Positions 48,001-60,000 of a stretch of DNA of 64,000 nucleotides are shown here, in pieces. Each line of letters opens with the position of its first letter. Positions within the stretch are counted from its first letter, which is position 1. The notes below the pieces were generated by a model that made no database searches, was not told where the DNA came from, and saw only the letters and a list, made by a program, of their open reading frames with translations. Made by a program: the position numbers and the translations under genes. Source of the stretch: Phoronis australis. Lineage: Eukaryota > Animalia > Phoronida. The stretch spans positions 1,260,442 through 1,324,441 of the forward strand of contig NMRA01000006.1 of NCBI GenBank assembly GCA_002633005.1. The letters run 5' to 3'.

Positions 48001-51000
48001 TTTTATGTTTAAAACATTACCACACACATTGCTGAATGACACTGGTTTTATGAAAGTAAAAGGACTAATTTGAGTTTTGTTTTAGTCAGCTGAACAAGGT
48101 GAAATGTAGCTTAAAATGGTTGATTTATCAACACACTACGCCAAAATTGGTCAAATATTAGGCCTTACAAAGGGAGACAACTACGTACCAGATATCCATA
48201 GTACTGTGCATCGTATCCACCAGCCAAATGACCGAATGAGGCGGACATGTTGGTGTTGGGAGTGGATGGTATTCCTAGGATCGACTGTGAAAACTGGGCA
48301 AATACAGCGGCAGTGTCGGCCTGCGGAAAAACAGCAAAAACTTAAACTTTTGTTGCTGAATAGGTTGACCTACACTCTAAGAGAAATTGACAAGAACATT
48401 TTCGGTGCTGCAAAATACAGATTCCAAAATAGCAGGAATCAGTTTGAATTCTGACTTGATTTGCTCAAAATGTGAAAAGCTCCTATGCTCCACAGTCTAT
48501 AGAACTTTGTCAATCTGTCCAATGAGTAGAGCCTCTGTGCAGTAATGCAAAAATTAACATCTGACTAAAGTTCCAAAACAATGCTATGTTATCGCGACAA
48601 AATTTTCATCACATTGCCAATTAAGTGTGGTGAAAGATTTTCAGAGGTCTTTCCCAGTAAACTTCAGCAGACTAGAGTACTAGAAAGTGCATTAATACTG
48701 TTTGTATTCTTTTGTACTTTATCATGACATTGTATTTTTTCAGAAAAAATTAAACTTAATAATTGTCAAGAACTAACTTTGCACTTCATAACAAAGGTGA
48801 CACAAAATGGATTAGGGCTGTTCCAGCAAAATCTGTGTGGGAGGGGGGGGGGAAGGCAACTGAAATAAAAATTTATNAGTTCCAAAACAATGCTATGTTA
48901 TCGCGACAAAATTTTCATCACATTGCCAATTAAGTGTGGTGAAAGATTTTCAGAGGTCTTTCCCAGTAAACTTCAGCAGACTAGAGTACTAGAAAGTGCA
49001 TTTTAATACTGTTTGTATTCTTTTGTACTTTATCATGACATTGTATTTTTTCAGAAAAAATTAAACTTAATAATTGTCAAGAACTAACTTTGCACTTCAT
49101 AACAAAGGTGACACAAAATGGATTACAAAATTCTGACTAGACATTTGATTAGGGTTCACATTTTGATTGTACATTAGATTATTACATGGCAAAGTCGTTA
49201 TCCCCAGTGATCTAGAGCCTGAGTGGATTTTGGAGAATTATTCACGAGGGCTCTAGATAAGGGGAATAACGACTGAGGAACTAGTTAAAGAACGATAAAC
49301 ACTGCAATGAATCGATCTACCTTTCTCGACTCGCCTCAGCTTTGTAACTATTTTTGTTAGAGGCCTGGTATCGGATGTTGTGAACTTTTAAGAAATGCCG
49401 AATTATTCTCGTTGAATGTTTTTACTCAAGCAATTGAAAATTTAAACAAAATAGATATAAAGTGAATCTATAAAATACATTTTAATCAACTAGTCTAGCT
49501 TACTACACATCTTATGCTATGCTTCCATCATGAAAATATCGTCTGCTAAAGTAGGTTGCCACCGGTTACTGAGTATAATATCCAAGTCAAAGGATCCCGG
49601 CGACACGTTACTCCCATTCAAACTGGAGATCGATGATTTAAGAGAGAGAAAATAACAGATAAATTTTGCTGAATTAAAACTGGCACTGAACAACTAAATG
49701 GATTGGGTTATTTAATGGTTGTATTGGCCATGTCAAGCTGATCATTTGGTATAAAATATCTTATTACCCTGTGTAATTTCCTGCTGCATAATATTTACTC
49801 CACAGAATCACGCTTTTTGGTGATAGTATTTCATAAAAAACACATCTTCATGACATTTGTTGAAAGTCGTTCGCAAATAGTATTTTTAAAACGTCAGTTA
49901 GCGTCAGGCGTGCTGTTTACAACAAAATTCCTGGATTATGCCAGCTTATTAGATGAACACAGACAATTAGAATGCTGGACTATGTAAATATTAGGTTAAT
50001 GACAACTTTCTCAAGATTTCTATCACAATCAAACTGATAACAACACAGTTGTAATGCAAGTTCGCCATCACCGAAATCAGGGAAACTCACCCCACAGAGT
50101 GGTGGCGTCACGCATCTGCAGAGAGCTTCTATTTACCAAATGTCACACAGAAGACAATCTCTCACACATCACATAGCTATGCAATTTCATTTAATTTTGA
50201 AAGTTAATTATGAATTATCTTATGTCGACCACAATGGTATGTTTTTGGTCAAAATCGACTCACATTTGCCAAAGATTCACCTACATATCCATAAATAGTT
50301 CCAATAAAAAACAACACTGTCTGTGACCTGGGATACACATTGTGCCATCACCCTAGGTTGAGTTACCACTTGTATAAACAGGCCGGATACTAGTATTCTA
50401 ATTAAACTACCCTTGTGGAACGAGTTCAGACCCTGAGCGAAATATGAACCACTCACCTTAGCAGAAGCATGAATGTTTTGGTCAAATGTGAACCACTCAC
50501 CTTAGCAGAAGTGTGAATGTTTTGGTCAAAAGTGCCCAGAAGAATCTGTCTCAAATTGAACACACCGGCATTGGCTGTGCGCGAGGCTAATAGTTTCTGC
50601 AGCATATCGTCAGGGATGGCGCTACCATCCTTGTAGTGAGCCGACATGCGCGCCAGAGGTTCCTTTTCCCAGCACCAGTTCTCCAACATCTGAGACGGCG
50701 CTTCGACAAAGTCACGCTCAACGCTAGTGCCACTGAAAATGTTATTTAGTCGATCACCGCACAGCAGGAATTGAAATAAAGAAACGAACTCAATAGTGAT
50801 TAGTTATTGATGTCCCTCATTAACATACAAAGTTCACCAACTTCATTTCATGTAAAATTCAAGCTTATGTTCAGAGCTGCCCGTGTTTAAGGAGCTGCAA
50901 CACATAAAATTAATTGGGTCCAGTTTTGTACTTAAAGCATAGTTTAGCAACATTTGTTTATCTTAGTTAGTAAACAGACAAAGTTACTTACCTGAACTGA

Positions 51001-54000
51001 GCAAACTCAGCGAGTGCACAAATTTGATGCATCACATGGCCAAACTCATGGAAGAAGGTTTCCACCTGATTATAAACACATTTTGACATTCAGTAAACTA
51101 CAGAGAGTTTTATGGTAACAAAACTGTTTTTATAACATGACATAATTACGAAATTAGAGTTAGTTTCAAAATGATTTTAAACAGCAACATTGCATAATGC
51201 GCAGCTTTGAAACTGAAGTTACAGCAGCATATCCACATGGAAATAAACACATGAACTTGTAATAACACGGGTAGGTGTGTATCCCCCATAGGCTTGAATC
51301 AAACATTTATGAACACTCACACATTCGTAAATAAGCCCATGGGCTTATAAAACATATTAAGTGCATACATGCACTGTCAGCATCTGTTTTGATGCAGCTT
51401 TGCCACCGAGCATCAGGGCACAAGTCAAGTGAGTTTTGACATGGGTTGAGAGTAAATGGGATGGGGGGGGGGGGTGCACTTGTAAGCAAGGAAATTGGGA
51501 TGAGCTTATACGAGTGTGAGTGTGGTTTCAGGCCACAATAAACGAAGAGTGATGCGGGGGGCTATAACCGGGGGTTGGGGGACTTATGAGCAGATACGGT
51601 ATAGAGAAAACTTCAACTAGCATACGGACAAATGTCAGTGGCAAGGTATTTGGAAATGAACTGCAATTGTATTTACTTTCTATAATTGAAAATTGAAATG
51701 TCCAATAATAACTGTCAATAAAATGCACCACGCTGACCGTACAGCTCTTTGTACTGTAAAGTTGCCATGTACGTACTGCTGTATCAAAAACTAAACAAAC
51801 CTAGTGACCAATCACAAACCACTTAAACAAACTTTCAATTCCATCACGTCTCTTACCTCATCATGATTCAACAAAGATGGCGCTGAGTCTGTTGGTTTGG
51901 TGAAGTTGGCTACCATGGCAGCAACCGCCACTTGGCGCTTCCCATCAGGCAGCAGGCAGCCGGGCTAAGATGTAAGATACAATGAATGTGAAATAGTCAC
52001 TTCCCTGCATTACCCAGAGTAGACACTCTAGAGGAAATATAGACTAAATGATGTGCACATACTGTGAAAGTCATGTAAGTCAGACATACAAAAGTCAGGG
52101 GTCTGTTTCATGATAAGTGACTTAATACTAAGACAAAAATTTGCTCTTACGCTCCACCTATAACTGATAATAACCCAATCTCACTTGAGCAACGCTACAA
52201 GTCTTTGAGAACATACACATAACTGTAAATTACCGAGAAAGTTTTTATAAATTATTTCTATACTGTGACACGCTCATACATGACTGAACTTTTCATGAAA
52301 AGGACACCAAATCTTAGTGCAAATTCGACAAAGTTATGTGTAAGGCAAGTTGGATTCAACTCAGCAGGTGCAGGGAGTGTTTACGCTCGTTGCAGCCCAC
52401 TGGTGCTAAGGGCATACTATCATTGAACTCAATCTATTTCTACTGGAAATCTTCCAAGTTATTTCTACTTGAAACTATTTATCGCTTCAAGTTTTTTCTT
52501 ACCAAAACTCTTCAAGTTATTCGACTCGAAACTCTTCAAATTATTTCTGCTCCAAACACACTGCAAGTGAAAATGAGCTAAGACATCAAAATCCACTTGA
52601 ATAAAATTTTTCATGGGACACAACTAGAAACATTCTAGTCTAACCAGCTTCTTGGATGTAAGCAACTTGCAAGTACATCCAATGTAGCTAGTTCCTCCAA
52701 TGTGGCAGACGTCTGTGAAACAGTAATAGTGTAATTACCTGGAGACCAAAACAGGCGGCATGTCCAAACTTGCCCTCCCTGGGGTAAAGGTCCAGGTAGA
52801 AGTATCCAAGTAGAATACCCGACTTAGCATCAGTAACACTCCACTGAAACAAAAAGATCCAGTTACGAGAGCAATGCTGTGCCCTCGACTGCACCGCAAA
52901 TGATATGGTTCTAGGGATGCTTAATTGCATCACATAAGTGGCCACAAGAACACAACTTCCAATTTTTATAATGTTCCTTCAAGAGGTGCAGCTGACAGAA
53001 ACAGATTTGGAAATAATAACAATTAAAACGTGAAGCGTGGCAATGCGCCCATGACTGCACGGCAAACAGTACGCCTCTAGGGGTGTTTAGTAGTATCATA
53101 AAAATGGATACTACTTGGCGCACACTACATCAAAGCTGTCCAAAAATGGGAAGACGTCATCTCCCTAATAGAAACCTATTTGCTCAAATTTGAGAAAAAG
53201 TGATTAAAATGGCCACTATGGGGCACATACTCTATCAAATCCATTCAATATCGGAAAGCTTTCGTTGTCGATGTCATCTCAATAGCTACATGTTAGCCAA
53301 ATTTCATGAAAATCTGTTGAGGAACTGGGAAGACACAAAGACAATGTAAAAGAATAAAATTGCCACTAGGGGAACGCCATTTGTTGGATGTATCCGACAG
53401 TCGCATTCATCTGTCATTGGCTACATAGCAACAAACCTGCCAAAATTCACAAAGACACTGCAATTGGTTTAAAAGAAACAGCAGAAAACGGCATAAAAAT
53501 GTTCTTAAGATGGGATTGTTTGTGACAAAAACCACAGCACATAACTGTGAACTTTTTACACTTTAAGTACAATATGATACCTTCAACTGCATGTGTATTT
53601 TCACACTTTCCATTTACCTTTTCAACAAAAGGCTTTTGCCCCCGTTTACACAAGATAACCTTCCAGATTCCCTCCTTACTCATACCACTGTCAACTCTGT
53701 ACCAGATACACTGCATTACAGTGGTCAACATGCTCACTTTCACAATCAGGGCTACGTTTCATGACAGCGACTCAAGACTTAAGAGAGACATTTGGTTTTA
53801 CGTTCCCACTTCACAATTACTGAATAAAGGTTTAGCTAAAAAATAATGAGCACATCACAGTCAAGAGATTTATAGAAATTATCTCAGTAACTCACAGTTA
53901 TGTGTATATTCTCAGAGACTTTGCAATTCTGCTCATTAAGACAAATGAGATTTAAATATTTTTCAGAAATAGGTGTGAAGAGTGCAAACTTCTGTCTTAA

Positions 54001-57000
54001 GTCTTACATCACTGTTCATGAAACAAACACCTGGCAGAAAGCACATACAATATACGGTCTGATACCAACAGATTCTTACACATTAGTAAACCTGCAGCAA
54101 CCAACACTCACCAATGTGACGTCTTTATCCCAGACTTCAGCTCCCTTCACTTGTTCAAATTTCAGACCTAACAACTGCTGGTATATATCCAACAGTCCTT
54201 TGGTGACGACTTCCATGGGGAAGTATTCCTTCAACTTATTCTGGTCCACCGTGTACTTCCTCTCCTCAGCCATTGTCATGTAGTACCTCATGTCCCACAT
54301 GTTGATCGTGTTGTCATACGCGTAGCCATACTTGTCACACTGGGACCGGAGCAAAGCATATATTAGTGTCAGATAAACAGAAAAATCAAATGAACATCAA
54401 CAGTATATCACATAGTCGGTATTCTAGTATGAAATGCCCAGAGTGGATGTGATTCAATTATTGGTTTCATCTCCCAACAGAAGAGCCGGTCAGGAGTACA
54501 TTTTGTTTCTTGAGAGAAAAATAGTAAGTGAAAGGCAATTGTTCACTAGGAACCTTACATGCACGTTCAAGCAAAATGGCTGCCACTAAAGAGGTTGACT
54601 GGCTATTAATACAGGAATATTGGATTATGGGATAAAAATATGGTCAATTCTGTTATGTTACAAGATTTTTCTCCATAAGTAGCATACAGTTTGCGTTACA
54701 GAACGCATCCATGATTGAGCAGTAATGGATAATTTAAAGTGAAATCACCTAAACAAGGTTTTCCGTAACCAGTCTCCTAGTTTTTTTATATTCCAAGAAC
54801 AGTGCCATCTCTTGTTTAAGACATTTCACAAAAATCGATAGTTACCATCTGAAAGAGATTTTTAATTTATGTTGCATGAAGTTGTAAACAAGCAATATCA
54901 CTTATTAGATGACCACTGAATGAATACTTGTCCTCTCATTGGCTAAAACATGGTAGGATAACTTCCATTATACCATAACATTGACCAAGCACTAGCAGGC
55001 TATGGAACATCACTTTCTAGTCAGACATGCTGCCCAGTCGCCAGATGTCACAATTCACAATCTGACCAGTTAAAACAGTAAAAAACATAAACCCTGACCA
55101 CAAAGTGAGCAGACGATGACAGAACACGAAAGCAGGTATTAAGAGCAAGCTAAACTAATACGAGACGAAAAATTCAGAGGAACCGAACATCAGTGGCCGT
55201 GTAATAAAACAAATATGGACCAGTCCCTCGGGTATATCAGGCCAAATGGACTTCGGGGGAACTTGTCAACTCCATAAACAAACAATCAGCATCTACATGC
55301 CAGGACTGTGACTTTAGAAAATAAACAGACCAGAAAGAAGAACCTGAGAAAAAAAGTTACAAACCATACTTAATTGAAACATAAAGTCTAGAATTTAGAA
55401 TCCTTAATATAACTTAATGACACATGACCGTGCTAGAGAGTGGAAAGTGGAAGAGCTTAATTTGGGAACAAGTTTTGCCCAAACTAGTTTGCATTGAAGT
55501 TATTAATTAAAATGACACAGAAAGATTATCTTTGAGAATTCCACAAACCCCAGCAATACAAACACAGAACAACATGTCTGTAACATACCTCTTCTTTCTT
55601 ATACTTCAGGAACAGCGCCATCTCTTGTTGCTTCAGGGGCTGCAGCTTCTTGGCCAGGTCAGCAAGGAAGGTGGACACAGCTTCTGGAGACTTGGCCATC
55701 CGCATGTCCAGAACGAATGCGGCATGCGTGGGGAAACCAAGCAGGCTAGCTTTCTAATGCAAAAACATAGGACTGTAGTTAAAGCTCAATACTGGATGCA
55801 TCAAACATTACTCACAGACAGAAAACACCAAAAAGCACAAGCAAGTGACGTTGTTAACATGAAACCAGTTTAAGTACATCATCTCTGGCCAACACAGTGT
55901 GGGTGGGAATTCTAAGAAAGAGGCTGTCAGATGCAAGCAAAACCAGAAAGTGAGATTCAACAGTCAAGAAACTAGCGGTATGAGATAGTGAACAGTCAGG
56001 CCTCCAGCTACAGAAACTAATGGGATGAGATAGTGAACAGTCAGGCCTCTGGCTACAGAAACTAGAGGGATGAGATAGTGAACAGTCAGGCCTTCGGATA
56101 CAGAAACTAGCGGTATAAGATAGTGAACAGTCAAGCCTCCGGGTACAGAAACTATTAGGATGAGATAGTGAACAGTCAGGCCTTCGGATACAGAAACTAG
56201 CGGTATGAGATAGTGAACAGTCAAGCCTCCGGGTACAGAAACTATTAGGATGAGATAGTGAACAGTCAGGCCTTCGGATACAGAAACTAGCGGTATGAGA
56301 TAGTGAACAGTCAAGCCTCCGGGTACAGAAACTAGCGGGATGAGATAGTGAACAGTCAGGCCTTCGGATACAGAAACTATTAGGATGAGATAGTGAACAG
56401 TCAAGCCTCCGGATACAGAAACTAGCGGGATGAGATAGTGAACAGTCAAGCCTCCGGGTACAGAAACTTTGTCAGTGATTCAATGAAGACCTTAACAACT
56501 AACTAATATCCTTCCTCAATCTATCAATATGGTTTGATAACCAATCACTAATACTTTGTCAATCTATCAATATCCTTCAACAGATAATTACATACAAGGT
56601 ACAGGCATATTTCAGGGAGCGAAGAGACCCCAGACATCCCTCTGAGGGCCAGCAAAGAATGAATAGAAGTAAAACTTTCAGAGAATTTTAAACATTTATT
56701 TTTTATTGTTGACAAATACTACTCTAAGTCGTCTTAATCATTGGTGTTGAAGTTTTGGCATAGAAACTTACAAAACACACCAAAAAATAATCAGACAAAA
56801 TAACCCATAATTTCCTGTCACGATGGCCAAGTGCAAATGGACATCATTGTCAGCATAGCTTGAATGACCCGGCATGAACCAAGAACAGCATTTTGTTTAC
56901 TTCCTTTGGACCTGCAGATCCATCTATGAATCACTCACTTGAGCAATATCTCTTTGTCAATCAATCAACCTTTGCATTTTTACCTTTTGTCTCAGTTCCA

Positions 57001-60000
57001 CGAGCTCTTCCAGGATGGGTGCATTCTCCTTCATACACCTGAAGTGAATGTAAGGTGCACATGATGTAATGAAACCACCAAAGTGATATGAACAACACTG
57101 GACTTAATATCAGCACATGTAGTGTGGCTTCTATCCAGTACATGAAGGCAGTGTACCTTTAAAAATAAAACCAAAAATGTTGTCTTTCCCTATAAAAGGG
57201 AAGCTGACCACAGCAGTGATGAATAACACATTTTGTTTCAAGAATTTTGAAATTTAATTCAATTAAAACCAAATACAGTGCCTTTGTGACCAGACATCAG
57301 TTAATTCAATTGCTTTTTAGTAAAAGTCTGGGGTAATAGTCGGATAGGTGGGTCTGTGATTTAGAAGCGATTTGAGAACCAGTTACTCCCACTGAATAAG
57401 AGGTGTTTTATTCAATGGGAATAACTGGTTCTCAAATCAGGGACCCATCTATCCGACTTGTACCAAGTTTGGATCATCAAGCCAAGGGTATGAAAACAGT
57501 GCCTGGATGTTAGTTACCTGGAATTAAATGCTGTCTCCATCTTCTTCCTCGTCTCGGGGTTCCTGGCTTTCTTCATGCATGGGAAGTAGTGGGGATACTT
57601 GAGTGACACCTTACGCTTGCCAGAGTCTGCAGCCTAGACAAAACATACAGGTGAGTGCCATCAAAGGCCATGCTTCAACACATCAAGATGCCTCACTTAC
57701 CCTTCCAACATGTGTCCCTTAAAGTGCTTAAAACCACCATTTATATTGTTTTGACAAGTGATTACATTGTCAACATCATTATGCATTGCTTCATAGCACT
57801 ATATGTCACAATCATGAATTCGATCCCAAAAAACGATAAAATAGTAGACATGTGAATTCAACTAAAAGTTTCTCAACTCCACGGACACGAGTGTGACATA
57901 TGAACGTACTCAGTGCCAATGTGTCATGTCCACCAACACGCGAGTTTCTTGTACAAACTTGTGCCATATCTGCACTTCTTCGATGTCTCATGGGCCGCAG
58001 CATGGTCAAATACTAAGTTGTCACAACCCCCACAAACGCAATGCTTCACCATTATTTATTATACCTCAAACCATGGGAAAACGAGCTGCAATATTTGACG
58101 ACATTCCACATTAAACACAATGGAGGATGACTAGTAAGAGTGTTGTGATTGACTTTCCCAACTTTACGTAGCACGTATTGACTAATAAATCCTTATACGC
58201 TCATTTATGCTGCAACTTGTTATCAGTCACAAGAATTGACTTTCAAGAAAAAATCACTTCCCACATCAGGTTTTTCAAGCAATGTACCCGCGATGGATCC
58301 TCGTAGTATCCATATATGATGCATACCCGAGACTGCTCCAGCTATGTTAAGGTGGCACTCTCAGTGTTAACAAGTAACAGGGTTGAAACCAAATGTTGGT
58401 CGATATCAAACTACCACAAAAACACTGAATAACATTGCTGGTGTCAAGAGACTATCTCAATTGGGATGATTCACACTAGAAAGTAAAACAGTTACTGTAC
58501 ATGACACTGGCGTTTTGCTGATACAAATGCCAAAGCTGAAGGAGTCACAAATGAAAGGTTTTGGTTGTAAATACAACGTAACTGAGCTAAACTAATTGAA
58601 TGTAAACGACTGCTGTCCTGACAAAGTGACCAGTAATTCCACATCAAGACAGCTGAGTGGAAGTAGAGTTCACTGACCGCAATTTCCAGAAATGCTCTTT
58701 CAATGGCTGAATAAGCCACCATGATAAGGAAACAGTAATTTGCCTCATTAGTGTTGTCGTATATTCTAACCAGGCTAACTGGCAAAAAGATGATAATTTC
58801 AAATTATCCTACCTTTTCCAAGGCATTGATGAAATCATCCGGAAGTCCAACTACAAAACGAAGATAAACAAAACTTTCAACACAATGTTGTTAATCAAAA
58901 GTTGCGAGGATGTGAACTACGCAATACATGATCCAGCACTCGGCAAACAAAACTAACCAGAGCTACGCAATACATGATCCAGCACTCGGCAAACAAAACT
59001 AACCAGAGATTTCTGCAAAAAATCTTGGGGCACCTTCAGCTGAACTTATGTCTAGTATATTGGCTACATTATTAATAGTCGATATAATACTGACTGTCCT
59101 GTAGACCTGCTACCTGCTGCCATAGCAAAACTGATGACAGTCTACAATCAACTTACCAAGTTCTTCATCGGTAAACTCAAGAATTGTGTTCTCATCATTG
59201 CAGTTCTTACTGAAGTCAATGCTAAGATCACTCATGCGTTTCTTGATTGTCTTGATCTGCTCCTGTGCGTCTTTAGGAAGATGAAGCCCTGTGAATATTA
59301 TGGTTCATGATATGAACACAAATACAACAATAAGTACAGTTTGATAACATGCTCCACATGTCCCTAAGAAAAACATAGCTATGTGTTTTTGAAAATGCAT
59401 CACAATTCTGGTGCGAATTCTACAAGGGATGGTGACCCAAATATTTGAGAAGTATGTAAATTCTCCATCCAAAAATCATCGGCAAGAGAGTGAATCAAAA
59501 GAGAATGATTGCATTCTTTCCACAAGTTCACCATCTTCAAAAATAAAATTGTTTTAGTTTTGATGTACTTCAGACATCTTTTTAATATTATAATTTTGTG
59601 TTCCTAATTTTCCATGAAAATACAATACATTGAGTAGAGTTTATTGATAACCTCAGAGGAGTGATTTTGTGTTTTTTCTAAATTGAAGTTCATAACTTTG
59701 ACTCCATTTAACTATTGTCATATTAGTCCTCAAAACATAGCATACTACTTTACTGATTACTTGGGAGGCAACATCAATTGATTATTAACTTTGCATGATT
59801 TATTCTAATTAAATAGAATTTCGCAATTATTTACTTGACCAAAATATCATTAAAAAGTCTTAAAACACAACATTCCTCCTGAGCTTCACATCGAAAATTA
59901 AAACTTATTCATGATGAATACCATTTCTGCGGCCCAACTTGATGAGTCGTTCCAAATAGCGAGTGGCTTCAGCTGAATGTTCACCAGACTTAGTCTTCTT

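Noticed and set aside
55964-56449. 161-aa ORF with a 15-aa repeat
   Set aside because: Translation of the 45-bp minisatellite; no splice signals linking it to the gene, and the flanking exons join correctly without it.
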